This document shows positions 1 through 9,756 of a DNA stretch of 64,000 bases, piece after piece. The stretch comes from Chitinophaga pinensis (GTDB lineage Bacteria; Bacteroidota; Bacteroidia; Chitinophagales; UBA10324). The translations under genes were made by a program, and so were the position numbers. A model generated the notes under the pieces. The model saw only the letters and a program-made list of their open reading frames with translations. It was not told where the DNA came from and ran no database searches. The DNA is taken from NCBI GenBank assembly GCA_945903305.1, contig CAMDOA010000001.1, positions 16,892 through 80,891 of the forward strand. The letters are read 5' to 3'. The stretch's first letter is position 1, and every line of letters begins with the position of its first letter.

Positions 1-858
1 AAACGAAACCATGCCCGCTTTATCGTGCTTGCGCAAAGCAATATTTAAAATCACAAGCGAAGTATTTATTGCATGGTCAAGCAAACTCAAATCGTTGAAG
101 GGCATGTGCATCGCTCTGCCTTTATCAATGAGGCAGTACACTTGTTGTGCGCGTTCATCTTCAAACTGATTCACCATCAGGTCGGCTTTGCGGCTGGTGG
201 CTTTCCAGTTGATGCTTCGGTAATCATCGCCCTGTACATATTCCTTTATCTGTTCAAACTCATAACTGTGCCCGAGACGGCGCAACCGTCGCAACCCCTG
301 AAAAGTATTGAGTCGTGAGAAAGCCATCAATTCAAATTTTTTCATTTGTATGATGTTCGGAAAAACGGCGGTTGATGATTCGCATTCAACAATAATTCTG
401 CGTTCAATCAAACTGATAATGGATTGCAAAAACACATTGATGTTGCCAAATAAATATTCGCCCCGCGAGAGTGGCCGCACATCGTACTGCACTTTTTTCT
501 TTTCATTTTCTTCCAAGATTAAATGCAAATGAAAATTTCGTTCCTGCAATTGCTCCGGCAATTCATCAATCACTCTTGCGCGCATTTTCATTGGCGATTG
601 ATTTTCTATCTGCAGTTCCACATGCTGCACTTCGCCAAGCGAAAGCACAGGCTGCACTTTGCGCGATGCTTTAATTTTTACCTGCGAGTTAAAGAGTAAA
701 AAAATATCGGCAATAAACGCTGTGACAAACAAAACCAAAACTGCATCGCATACATAAAATAAAAACGGATAAGCAAAACTGATTGCAAATGCTGTTGCCA
801 TCAATGCCATGGCAATGAAGAAACGATTGGTGAGAAAAAGTTGCTTGATTAATTTCAA
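1..858 (-). CDS. DUF58 domain-containing protein (vWA-like, MoxR/Bat-operon type); 3' end lies outside the window
   Basis: My own minus-strand translation is open from about 900 down to position 1. It is absent from the ORF track because no stop falls in the window. An N-terminal two-TM segment (FFIAMALMATAFAISFAYPFLFYVCDAVLVLFVTAFIADIFLL) is followed by a DUF58-type signature: EFEQIKEYVQGDDYRSINWKATSRKADLMVNQFEDERAQQVYCLIDKGRAM. The start is uncertain; TTG at 858 (before the TM segment) is preferred, and the first ATG is at 820. Confidence 0.75.
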   Translation of the reverse strand, partial: MKLIKQLFLTNRFFIAMALMATAFAISFAYPFLFYVCDAVLVLFVTAFIADIFLLFNSQVKIKASRKVQPVLSLGEVQHVELQIENQSPMKMRARVIDELPEQLQERNFHLHLILEENEKKKVQYDVRPLSRGEYLFGNINVFLQSIISLIERRIIVECESSTAVFPNIIQMKKFELMAFSRLNTFQGLRRLRRLGHSYEFEQIKEYVQGDDYRSINWKATSRKADLMVNQFEDERAQQVYCLIDKGRAMHMPFNDLSLLDHAINTSLVILNIALRKHDKAGMVSF

Positions 859-893
859 CTGACTATTTATTAAATATTTTATGAAAGCTGATA

Positions 894-1130
894 TTAAAAT
901 TTATTCTTTTTAAAAAACCATCCAAATAAAATTAATACACTACCTAAAAAAAATCCAGCCCACGGTGGCAATATCATTTCATGGGTTGAGTTTCCTAATC
1001 TTCCCATCGTAATTCCTTCGGTTTCTTGATTCATTAAGGTCATAACTATTGCAATCAGAAAAAGTAAAGTTCCCGCAATAAAAAAAATCTTCGATGCAGA
1101 CTGATTGAATTCTGATGACATATTCAACAA
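894..1130 (-). CDS. small membrane protein (2 predicted TM helices), unknown function
   Basis: 78-aa ORF between dnaG and the DUF58 gene on the same strand. It has two hydrophobic stretches (IFFIAGTLLFLIAIVMTL and AGFFLGSVLILFGWFF). I recognise no family. Confidence 0.4.
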   Translation of the reverse strand: MLNMSSEFNQSASKIFFIAGTLLFLIAIVMTLMNQETEGITMGRLGNSTHEMILPPWAGFFLGSVLILFGWFFKKNKF

Positions 1131-1143
1131 TGGTTTTAAAAAA

Positions 1144-3060
1144 TTATTTCACTATCACCGTATTCGTTTCCGCAGCCAATTGTTTTCTTAAATCATTCAA
1201 TGATTTGCGAACCTGCAGGTGCTTCATCAACTCTTCTTCGTTGCCAGACTTTTCTGCTTCCTTCATTTCATTGGAGTTGGCTGCAATCATACGGTCAATG
1301 ATGCGGAGATTGTAGCGGCGCAATGCACTGTCAGCATCTTTTATATAATTGGTTTCTTTTTCGGTCACAAATATTTCGTGCATCTTCTCCCAGTTCTCAC
1401 TTAATTCATAATTCTGCTGGCGAAGATTGATAACGGCTTGCTTTACTAATTCATTTTTATGCTCCATGAAAAAACTATCCTCCGGAAAAACATTTTCGGT
1501 GTTGAGGTGATTCACAATTTCGTTCATCAGCATTCGGTATGTCGGATGCTCGAAAGGATGGTTGGAAATACTGCTGATAATATGATGTGCGATACTTGAA
1601 TCGTTGTTGTATTTTTTATTTCCCGACTCCAATAAAATCCGCATCAGGTCGCGCTCAGCCAAAAAATTTTCTTTCGAAAACTGCATTTGTTCTTCTGCAG
1701 CTTCATTCAACATTTTTTGTTCGGGAAGGGATGGCTTTTGTTGTTGTTCCTTACTGAAAGATTTTCTTCTGAGTTTATTTACTTCGGCAATTAATATTCT
1801 TTCGTCCACTAACATTTTAGTTGAACATTCACGCAATAGCAATTGTCGTTTTATCGGGTCGCTCACATGCGCAAGTGTTCCCACAATTTCCCGTATCGCC
1901 TCTGCTTTTCTTATTGGGTCGTTGCCGGTTTCTTTGTTTAATAAATCTGCCTGAAACAAAACCACATTGGTCGCATGCTTCTGCACAAATTCACGGAACG
2001 GAGTGGTGCCGTGTTTCTGCACATAAGAATCCGGATCCTCACCTTCGGGCAACAACACCAAGCGTACATTCAAATCTTCATCGAGCAAAATATTCATTCC
2101 GCGCACAGCCGCTTTCATTCCTGCTGCATCACCATCATACAGAATCGTGATGTTCGAAGTGAATCGCTTCATCAACCGCGATTGCTCAATGGTGAGCGAG
2201 GTTCCACTCGATGCAACTACATTTTCAATTCCTGCCTGATGCATCGAAATCACATCGGTATATCCTTCCACCAGAAAACATTCTTCGTGCTGACGAATGG
2301 CATTGCGCGCCTGAAACAAACCAAACAGTGTACGGCTCTTATCGTAAATAGAAGTCTGCGGCGAGTTAATGTATTTCGGCGAATTCTCTTCCTTCTTTAA
2401 ATATCGGCCGGCAAACGCAATCACTTTTCCTGAAAGATTATGAATCGGAAAAATCACACGCCCACGAAAAAAGTCAATGAAATTTTCTTTTCGTTCCGAA
2501 ATCAATCCGACTTCCTGCAACAGCTTTTCGTTGTATCCTTTCTCCTTCGCTGTTTTATAAAATGCATCCCACGAATTCATAGCATAACCTAATTGAAATT
2601 TTTCAATCAGATTATCGCGATAACCACGCTCGTGGAAGTACGAAAGCCCAACACTTTTTCCTTCATCACTATCAAACAACAATTTCGAAAAATATTGCTG
2701 TGCAAAACCGGTCACCACATACAACCCTTCTTCCATTTGCTTCTTCGCAATGGCTTCGGAGTCTTCAACTGTTTCTTCAATCTTGATATTGTAACGGCGC
2801 GCTAAAAATTCCAGCGATTCACGATACGAAAGTTGCTCGTGTTCTTTTAAAAATGTGATGGCATCGCCTGCTTTGCCACAGCCAAAACATTTGTAAATAT
2901 TTTTTGCAGGCGACACATTGAACGATGGTGTGCGCTCGTTGTGAAACGGGCACAAGCCAATGTAATTCTGTCCGCGTTTTTTGAGTGTAACGAAATCGCC
3001 CACCACATCTTCCACGCGTGTGACATCCATTATTTCCCGTATCGTTCTGTCGCTTATCAT
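1144..3060 (-). CDS. dnaG: DNA primase
   Basis: 638 aa. It has the CHC2 zinc finger (CPFHNERTPSFNVSPAKNIYKCFGCGKAGD) and Toprim motifs (VEGYTDV, LYDGDAAG). Confidence 0.95.
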   Translation of the reverse strand: MISDRTIREIMDVTRVEDVVGDFVTLKKRGQNYIGLCPFHNERTPSFNVSPAKNIYKCFGCGKAGDAITFLKEHEQLSYRESLEFLARRYNIKIEETVEDSEAIAKKQMEEGLYVVTGFAQQYFSKLLFDSDEGKSVGLSYFHERGYRDNLIEKFQLGYAMNSWDAFYKTAKEKGYNEKLLQEVGLISERKENFIDFFRGRVIFPIHNLSGKVIAFAGRYLKKEENSPKYINSPQTSIYDKSRTLFGLFQARNAIRQHEECFLVEGYTDVISMHQAGIENVVASSGTSLTIEQSRLMKRFTSNITILYDGDAAGMKAAVRGMNILLDEDLNVRLVLLPEGEDPDSYVQKHGTTPFREFVQKHATNVVLFQADLLNKETGNDPIRKAEAIREIVGTLAHVSDPIKRQLLLRECSTKMLVDERILIAEVNKLRRKSFSKEQQQKPSLPEQKMLNEAAEEQMQFSKENFLAERDLMRILLESGNKKYNNDSSIAHHIISSISNHPFEHPTYRMLMNEIVNHLNTENVFPEDSFFMEHKNELVKQAVINLRQQNYELSENWEKMHEIFVTEKETNYIKDADSALRRYNLRIIDRMIAANSNEMKEAEKSGNEEELMKHLQVRKSLNDLRKQLAAETNTVIVK

Positions 3061-3233
3061 TTTTTTAGGGACAGCAAATTAAGTGGATTGATTCAAATTA
3101 CTATGAACAAAATTATTATTTACCGCAGATGGAACATCCCTATGTATTCGTCGGCAGGAAAAGAGACGCAAAGATTTTCAGGTATATAATTTCTCTGCGT
3201 CTTTGCGCCTCTGCGGTTATGAACTATGAATTT

Positions 3234-3249
3234 TGGCACAGCACTTGGC
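3234..3249 (+). promoter_or_regulatory. sigma-54-like -24/-12 element (imperfect)
   Basis: TGGCAC-agcac-TTGGC lies upstream of the DUF4476 gene. The -24 half is perfect. The -12 half reads TTGG(C) instead of TTGC, so the GC dinucleotide is displaced by 1 nt. Confidence 0.2.
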
Positions 3250-3327
3250 TTATGGTGAATATTGTTAATTGTTAAATCCAATTTTATGAAATCGAAGATT
3301 CACGAATTACTTAAAAAAAACATCTTC

Positions 3328-4086
3328 ATGAGTAAAAAGAAAATTTTACAAATCGTTTTGTTGGTTGCACTGAGTTTGAGTGCAAAAGCGGATCACTACA
3401 CTTCCGCAATTAACATCAGTAATCACGACAACGACCTTATCAAAGTTGTGCTTGATGGTGTGGAATATCCAAATGCAGTGAAGCAATTTCATCTTGAAGG
3501 GATTGCGCCAGGAAAACATTTCATAGAAGTTTTTTCATATGAATATTATCATTGGAATAAGTCGCAAGAATTACAACAGGTTTACAGTGGCGTTTTAAAT
3601 CTGAAACACGGTGAAGAAATTTTTGCGGTGATTGATCCTTATAATCAGTTGCGGATTAAACGGGTGGTGATTGCAATGCCTGCACCGGTATCAGTTATAA
3701 AACCAAGCAGGAGCTGTAATACTTCTTACAAGTCAAATAATTACAAACAGCAAAATGATTATCAGGATAATTGCAACAACTACAATTACAGTTACAGACC
3801 TTATGCAATGGATGAAGGTTCTTTCTACCAACTCAAGCAGTGCCTTGCCGATAAATGGTTCGACAGTTCAAAACTGGAAGTGGCGCAAATGGCAATGAAG
3901 AATAATTATTTCACTACCGCGCAGATTGCAAGCATCTTGAATCTGTTCGATTTCGAGTCAACAAAATTAGAGTTCGCAAAAATGGCTTACAGTCATGTGG
4001 TGGATCAGCAGAATTACTGGATGGTGAATGATGCCTTCAGTTTCAGTTCAAGCATCAGCAACTTACAGGAGTTTATTGGTTTTTAG
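3328..4086 (+). CDS. DUF4476 domain-containing secreted protein
   Basis: The ORF track gives 3262..4086 with a TTG start. ATG 3328 begins a clean signal peptide (MSKKKILQIVLLVALSLSAKA). The C-terminal half has the repeated DUF4476-like pattern: FDSSKLEVAQMAMKNNYFTTAQIASILNLFDFESTKLEFAKMAYSHVVDQQNYWMVNDAFSFSSS. Confidence 0.7.
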   Translation: MSKKKILQIVLLVALSLSAKADHYTSAINISNHDNDLIKVVLDGVEYPNAVKQFHLEGIAPGKHFIEVFSYEYYHWNKSQELQQVYSGVLNLKHGEEIFAVIDPYNQLRIKRVVIAMPAPVSVIKPSRSCNTSYKSNNYKQQNDYQDNCNNYNYSYRPYAMDEGSFYQLKQCLADKWFDSSKLEVAQMAMKNNYFTTAQIASILNLFDFESTKLEFAKMAYSHVVDQQNYWMVNDAFSFSSSISNLQEFIGF

Positions 4087-4111
4087 GTTTGGTTCATTAA
4101 TGGGTGATGTT

Positions 4112-4146
4112 GGGCTGTTCTTGAGGGAGGACAGCCCTTCTTTTTA
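4112..4146 (+). terminator. rho-independent terminator after the DUF4476 gene
   Basis: Stem GGGCTGT (4112-4118) pairs with ACAGCCC (4131-4137) around a 12-nt loop, followed by TTCTTTTT. Confidence 0.55.
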
Positions 4147-4204
4147 AAATTAAAAATGAAAGAGTAAAAATTAAAAATCTGTATTCGACATTTACATTCA
4201 CATC

Positions 4205-4561
4205 ATGAAATACATTTTCGTTTCGCTGATGGTGATTTTTTGTTCTTGTAAAACCACTCAAAAAAGTTCAGCAACTGAATTGCCGGTTTTTATAAAAGAT
4301 AAGATTGCAACATTTACGCAGAACCCGGTTACCGATCCGGTGCGAAGTATTTTTTCTTATTCCTACAATGGAAAAACTGTTTACTACATCACTGCGCCTT
4401 GCTGCGATATTCCAAGTCAGTTGTTTGATGAGGGAGGAAATTTAATCTGCCATCCCGATGGTGGAATAACCGGAAAAGGAGATGGAAAGTGTACCGATTT
4501 TTTTCAGACACGAACTGATGAAAAATTAGCCTGGAAAGATTCGAGGAATTTTGGGAAGTAA
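4205..4561 (+). CDS. small Cys-rich lipoprotein, unknown function
   Basis: 118 aa with a lipobox (LMVIFCSC) and a conserved-looking Cys/Gly motif: APCCDIPSQLFDEGGNLICHPDGGITGKGDGKC. Confidence 0.5.
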   Translation: MKYIFVSLMVIFCSCKTTQKSSATELPVFIKDKIATFTQNPVTDPVRSIFSYSYNGKTVYYITAPCCDIPSQLFDEGGNLICHPDGGITGKGDGKCTDFFQTRTDEKLAWKDSRNFGK

Positions 4562-4732
4562 AATTTCTCTGTTGAAATAAAAATAATGCAGGTGAAAACA
4601 CCTCGCATGGGCGTGGGTTATATATTTTTGTTAAGTGATAAAAATTTGGAACACCAACAACTACAAAATTTCGGGAAATAAATTTCAATCTGGAATTTTT
4701 TTCTACGATTACCGTTCAAAGTATGATGTCAT

Positions 4733-4762
4733 TTTGAGTTCTATTTTGTAATTCTACATTTG
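4733..4762 (+). promoter_or_regulatory. Bacteroidetes sigma-A type promoter for the thiolase gene
   Basis: TTTG (4733-4736), an 18-nt spacer, then TACATTTG (4755-4762), 28 nt before ATG 4791. This matches the -33 TTTG / -7 TAnnTTTG consensus. Confidence 0.45.
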
Positions 4763-4790
4763 CGCTCTAATCGAAAATAAAATCAAAATC

Positions 4791-5969
4791 ATGCAGGAAG
4801 TTTATATCATGTCAATTGCCCGGACACCAATCGGAAGTTTAGGAGGTTCGCTCTCATCGCTCACAGCACCGCAACTTGGTGCAGCGGCAATGAAGGCAGC
4901 AATAGAGCGCGCAAAAATTTCAACTGACCAGGTGCAGGAAGTTTTTATGGGAAATGTAATCAGTGCGAATATTGGTCAGGCACCTGCGCAACAGGCAAGC
5001 ATTGCTGCAGGAATTCCAACATCGGTTCCATGCACCACTGTAAATAAAGTTTGCGCATCAGGAATGAAAGCCATTATGCTCGGAGCAGAATCAATTATGC
5101 TTGGCATTAATGATATTGTGGTTGCCGGAGGAATGGAAAGCATGAGCAATGTTCCGTATTACTTAGAAAAAGCACGCAATGGATACCGCCTCGGTCACGG
5201 AACAATTACCGATGGAATTATCCGCGATGGTTTGTGGGATCCGTATTCTGATTTTCACATGGGAAATGCTGCAGAGGTTTGTGCCAAGGAATATAAAATC
5301 ACCCGTGAAGAGCAGGACACTTATGCAATAGAATCATACAAGCGCGCTGCAGCTGCTTACGAAACAAAATCATTCGTTAATGAAATTGTGCCTGTGGAAG
5401 TAACAGTTGGAAAAGAAAAAGTAATGGTGAGCGATGATGAAGAATACAAAAAAGTGAAGTTCGATAAAATGCCAACTCTTCGTTCAGCATTTCAAAAAGA
5501 CGGAACCATTACCGCAGCAAACGCAAGTAAATTAAATGACGGCGCTGCTGCAATTGTTTTAATGAGTGCAGCAAAAGCAAAAGGGCTTGGATTAAAACCA
5601 TTGGCAAAAATCACCGGCTTTGCTGATGCATCGCAAGACCCGACCTGGTTTACCACCACTCCGGCAATTGCAATTCCGAAAGCGTTGAAGATGGCAGGTA
5701 AAGAAGTGGCTGATGTGGAGTATGCCGAAATCAACGAAGCATTTTCAGTTGTATCAATCATCAACAATCGTTTATTAAATCTGAATCCTGAAAAGGTAAA
5801 TATTCACGGTGGAGGAGTTTCTCTCGGACATCCGATTGGTTCTTCAGGTGCGCGCATTGCCGTTACACTTATCAATGTACTGAAAGAAAAAAATGCAAAG
5901 ATTGGTGTTGCCGGTATTTGCAATGGCGGTGGCGGTGCTTCGGCAATTGTGATTGAGAATGTTAATTAG
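4791..5969 (+). CDS. acetyl-CoA C-acetyltransferase (thiolase II)
   Basis: 392 aa. It has the thiolase N-terminus (ARTPIGSLGG), the active-site Cys context (VNKVCASGMKA) and the C-terminal motifs NIHGGGVSLGHPIGSSGAR and GICNGGGGA. Confidence 0.93.
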   Translation: MQEVYIMSIARTPIGSLGGSLSSLTAPQLGAAAMKAAIERAKISTDQVQEVFMGNVISANIGQAPAQQASIAAGIPTSVPCTTVNKVCASGMKAIMLGAESIMLGINDIVVAGGMESMSNVPYYLEKARNGYRLGHGTITDGIIRDGLWDPYSDFHMGNAAEVCAKEYKITREEQDTYAIESYKRAAAAYETKSFVNEIVPVEVTVGKEKVMVSDDEEYKKVKFDKMPTLRSAFQKDGTITAANASKLNDGAAAIVLMSAAKAKGLGLKPLAKITGFADASQDPTWFTTTPAIAIPKALKMAGKEVADVEYAEINEAFSVVSIINNRLLNLNPEKVNIHGGGVSLGHPIGSSGARIAVTLINVLKEKNAKIGVAGICNGGGGASAIVIENVN

Positions 5970-6151
5970 CTTTTAGATATTAGCTTTTAGGTTTTTATTC
6001 ATTCTGTTTTTTTATAGAAATTTTTATGCTGTTAATATCCTGAAAAATAATTCTTCCGTTTAGAAATACTTTTGAAACATTGCAACAACAATTTCCTCCG
6101 TGATAATCCGTTTTAAACTTTTTTCTGTTCCTAAAATAAATCTGTGAATCT

Positions 6152-7054
6152 GTGGCTATAATTCGAAACCTGATTTTTGTGTTGTTTCTGATTTTTTCAT
6201 TCAATAAAAATGTTTTAGGTGGAATTAATCCCGAAGATTTTGAAACCCTGCACGCTTACGAAGATTCCCTTTCCATTTTAGCTGATTCTATTGTAAATGG
6301 ATCTGAACAAGGTGTTCGCCAATTGGCGTGTTATGAATTGATACCGATGCTGGTGAAAGCATTGAAAGTGAAGAACTCGTTTGAATATCCATTCGACAGT
6401 TTGAAGCATATTAATATTTTATATCCTGATGATAAAAGCTTTCGGATATTCAACTGGAATTTACAAAAAACAACCGGCGTGTATCGGTACTTCGGTGCCA
6501 TACAAAAAAAATCATCAGAATTAGAAATCTGGCCGCTGTACGATTATTCTGATTATATGAAAAATCCGCAAGACACAATTACATCAAGTGAAAGGTGGTT
6601 CGGTATGTTATTCTACCAGATTAAACAGGTGAAAAAACAATACCTGCTTTTTGGTTGGGATGGAAACACTTTACTCAGTAATAAAAAAATAATTGATGTA
6701 CTGAGTTTCGACAAAAAAGGAAATCCTGTTTTCGGAGCAAAAATCTTTAATATCGGAACCATTGAAGAACCAAAATATGTTGCGCGTTTTATAATTGAAT
6801 ATAAAGAAATTGCCCAAACGAGTATGCGGTACGATAACGATTTGCAAATGATTATTTACGACCACTTGATTCCAATTGATCCGAAAGCTGAGGGCATGTA
6901 TTCGTATTATGTACCCGATGGAAGTTATGAGGCTTTTGAATTAATAAAGAAAAAATGGAATCATGTTCCTTCTGTATTTAACTCAACACAAGATCAACCA
7001 CCATTTCCGGAACCGATAGATTTCGATAAAAAGGAAAAGAGGAATAAAAAATAG
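6152..7054 (+). CDS. hypothetical secreted protein
   Basis: 300-aa ORF with a GTG start and a signal-like N-terminus (IIRNLIFVLFLIFSFNKNVLG). Composition looks coding, but I recognise no family. Confidence 0.5.
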   Translation: MAIIRNLIFVLFLIFSFNKNVLGGINPEDFETLHAYEDSLSILADSIVNGSEQGVRQLACYELIPMLVKALKVKNSFEYPFDSLKHINILYPDDKSFRIFNWNLQKTTGVYRYFGAIQKKSSELEIWPLYDYSDYMKNPQDTITSSERWFGMLFYQIKQVKKQYLLFGWDGNTLLSNKKIIDVLSFDKKGNPVFGAKIFNIGTIEEPKYVARFIIEYKEIAQTSMRYDNDLQMIIYDHLIPIDPKAEGMYSYYVPDGSYEAFELIKKKWNHVPSVFNSTQDQPPFPEPIDFDKKEKRNKK

Positions 7055-7179
7055 GCAGTTTCATATATCGCAGAAACGCTAAGACGATGAGAAAAGTCAA
7101 TTCAAAAACCCTAAGACTTCGCGCCTTTTTGGTTATTTCTTTATTCCTAAATCTTCAAACCAAAATCGGGAATTACTTT

Positions 7180-7187
7180 TACTTTTG
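7180..7187 (+). promoter_or_regulatory. -7 box (TACTTTTG) upstream of pepA
   Basis: Exact TAnnTTTG match 21 nt before ATG 7209. No clear -33 TTTG is present. Confidence 0.35.
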
Positions 7188-7208
7188 CCCACCTAACTCA
7201 TTTCGCTG

Positions 7209-8657
7209 ATGAAATTTACATCTGTTGCTATTCCCGCTAAAACCGACGCAATTGTTGTGCTTGCAACTAAGAAAACCGACTGGAAAAAAATAAAAGCTAT
7301 TCACCGAAATGATATTCGGATAATTGAATCGAATTTGAAAAGCGATATCAAAAATTTCATTCTTCAGGGAGGAACCGTTCCGGTTGTTGTTTCAATTGCT
7401 GAAGACAAAAAAGAAATTAATAAAATCAACGAAGCCATTCGCAAGGCAGGCAATGCTGTTTGCGGAATTTCGAACCGATATAAATTAAGAACCGTTTGTG
7501 TAATTAATGAAAGCGGAATTGCCAAAGCGCACTTCCCATTCTGCGAAGGTTTGGCTATGAGCAATTACCAGTTCATCAAGTATCGCAAGGATGAAAAGAA
7601 AACAGCTAACACACTTCGTGAAATAAAATTATTAGTGAAGGATTCTTCAAAAGAAGAAGTAAAAAAATTACAAACAATTATAGAAGCCATTTATTTAGTT
7701 CGTGATTTAGTGAACGAACCGGTGAACCATTTGAATGCAACTCAACTCGCTGATTCAATAAAAGCAGCAGGAGAAATTGCAGGTTACACAACTATTATTT
7801 ACAACAAAAAGAAAATTGAAGAATTGAAAATGGGTGGCTTGCTTTCTGTAAATCAAGGAAGCATTGACCCGCCAACCTTCAGCATCATGGAATACAAACC
7901 GGCAAATGCGGTGAATAAAAATCCAATTGTGCTGGTAGGAAAAGGAGTGGTGTACGACACCGGCGGATTGTCGTTAAAGCCAACTGCCAACAGCATGGAT
8001 TATATGAAGTGCGACATGGGAGGTGCGGCAACAATCACAGGTGCATTATACATAGCGGCAAAAACCGGATTGCCATTGCACATTATTGGCCTGGTACCAT
8101 CCACCGATAATCGTTTGAATGGAAATGCTTTTGCTCCGGGCGATATTATTCGCATGTACGATGGCAGCACCGTGGAAATGTTAAACTCCGATGCGGAAGG
8201 AAGAATGATATTGGCTGATGCGCTTGCATTCGCCAAACAATACAAACCCATGCTGGCCATTGATGTGGCCACACTTACAGGAGCCGCACATCGCGCGCTT
8301 GGCGATCATGCTATTGCTTATATGGGCACAGCTAACACAGCATTTAAAAATCAATTGGAAGAAAGCGGTCATGAAGTTTACGAACGATTGGTTGGTTTTC
8401 CATTGTGGGATGAATATGGCGATATGCTCAAGAGTGATATTGCGGATATGAAAAATATTGGCGGTGCGCTGGCTGGTCATATAACAGCCGGAAAATTTTT
8501 AGAAAAATTTACTGATTATCCGTGGTTGCATTTAGATATTGCGGGCATTGCATTCTTTCAAACTAATATGGGGTATAAAGGAAAACACGCATCGGCCTTT
8601 GGTGTGCGTTTGTTATTTCGTTTCTTAGAAAAATTAGCAACAACAAATAATGGCTGA
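7209..8657 (+). CDS. pepA: leucyl aminopeptidase (M17 family)
   Basis: 482 aa with the M17 motifs VGKGVVYDTGGLSLKP and NSDAEGRMILADAL. Confidence 0.9.
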   Translation: MKFTSVAIPAKTDAIVVLATKKTDWKKIKAIHRNDIRIIESNLKSDIKNFILQGGTVPVVVSIAEDKKEINKINEAIRKAGNAVCGISNRYKLRTVCVINESGIAKAHFPFCEGLAMSNYQFIKYRKDEKKTANTLREIKLLVKDSSKEEVKKLQTIIEAIYLVRDLVNEPVNHLNATQLADSIKAAGEIAGYTTIIYNKKKIEELKMGGLLSVNQGSIDPPTFSIMEYKPANAVNKNPIVLVGKGVVYDTGGLSLKPTANSMDYMKCDMGGAATITGALYIAAKTGLPLHIIGLVPSTDNRLNGNAFAPGDIIRMYDGSTVEMLNSDAEGRMILADALAFAKQYKPMLAIDVATLTGAAHRALGDHAIAYMGTANTAFKNQLEESGHEVYERLVGFPLWDEYGDMLKSDIADMKNIGGALAGHITAGKFLEKFTDYPWLHLDIAGIAFFQTNMGYKGKHASAFGVRLLFRFLEKLATTNNG

Positions 8658-9705
8658 GCATAAACCGATTATCGGAATTACAAATGGAGATGTGAATGGT
8701 ATAGGGTTAGAAATAATTCTGAAGACACTCATCGATTCACGCATTATGGAATTTTGCACACCGGTTATTTACAGTTCGGCGCGCGTGGTTTCGTTTCATC
8801 GAAAAGCATGCAATCTCGGTTCGCTCAATTATGTGCAAAACACTTCACTCGATAATCTGCAGCCCAACACCATCAACATTATTAATTGTTGGGAAGAAGA
8901 AGTTTCTGTTCAATTAGGAATTGATAATGCAGTTGGTGGAAAATATGCATTCAAAAGTTTAAACGCCTGCACCTTTGATTGGGTAGAAGGAAAAATTCAG
9001 GGAATGGTTACTGCACCCATTAACAAGCACAACATGCCTGCTGAAGATTTTCCATTCAAAGGGCATACTGAATATCTGGCAAGCAAGTGCGATGGAAATC
9101 CGCTGATGATTATGTGCAGCGATGAATTAAAAGTTGGTTTGGTTTCAGGTCATGTTCCGGTAAATGAAATTGCTGGCAAGGTGAAAAAAGAAATCATACT
9201 GAAAAAACTGCAACTACTGAAAGAATCTTTACAAAAAGATTTCGGAATTGATAAACCCAAAATTGCCGTGCTTGGTTTAAATCCGCACAATGGCGATAAC
9301 GGATTAATTGGTGGTGAAGAAAATACTGAAGTGATTCCGGCAATTAACGAAGCGAAAACAAAAAACATTTTGACCTTCGGACCATTCAGCGCTGATGGTT
9401 TTTTTGGCGGACATCAATATAAAAAATACGATGCTGTGCTCGCCATGTATCACGATCAGGGATTGGTTCCATTTAAAACTATCAGCTTTGAGAGCGGAGT
9501 AAATTTTACTGCGGGCTTACCATTCATTCGCACCTCGCCCGATCATGGACCGGCTTATGATTTAGCAGGAAGAAATATGGCATCAGAAGATTCATTTCGA
9601 AGCGCGCTTTTTATGTGCCTAGAAATTGTTCGTCGGCGCAAAGGATATACTGAAATGCACGCTAATCCAATTAAGCACAAAGAACTGGAACGGGAAAGAG
9701 GATAA
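8650..9705 (+). CDS. pdxA: 4-hydroxythreonine-4-phosphate dehydrogenase
   Basis: 351 aa. Motifs are ITNGDVNGIGLEI, GHTEYLA, MYHDQGL and RTSPDHGPAYDLAG. The start overlaps the pepA stop (ATGGCTGA). Confidence 0.93.
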   Translation: MAEHKPIIGITNGDVNGIGLEIILKTLIDSRIMEFCTPVIYSSARVVSFHRKACNLGSLNYVQNTSLDNLQPNTINIINCWEEEVSVQLGIDNAVGGKYAFKSLNACTFDWVEGKIQGMVTAPINKHNMPAEDFPFKGHTEYLASKCDGNPLMIMCSDELKVGLVSGHVPVNEIAGKVKKEIILKKLQLLKESLQKDFGIDKPKIAVLGLNPHNGDNGLIGGEENTEVIPAINEAKTKNILTFGPFSADGFFGGHQYKKYDAVLAMYHDQGLVPFKTISFESGVNFTAGLPFIRTSPDHGPAYDLAGRNMASEDSFRSALFMCLEIVRRRKGYTEMHANPIKHKELERERG

Positions 9706-9756
9706 CTTTTTTTCTTAGAAATTATCAATCTATCCATTGAACTTTGAAATAAATTT

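Noticed and set aside
1-858. The DUF58 gene lacks the usual upstream MoxR ATPase gene; dnaG and a small membrane protein are upstream instead.
   Set aside because: The rest of the putative Bat/MoxR-type locus would lie outside the window, and moxR could be elsewhere. The arrangement cannot be evaluated from this sequence.
3162-3216. Imperfect inverted repeat AGACGCAAAGA / TCTCTGCGTCT followed by TTGCGCCTCTGCGG, in the dnaG/DUF4476 divergent region. It resembles CGCAAAG-type intergenic repeats seen in other Bacteroidota.
   Set aside because: Only 10 of 11 bases pair, there is one locus in the window, and I cannot test its family membership. I record it only as a possible member of a dispersed repeat family.
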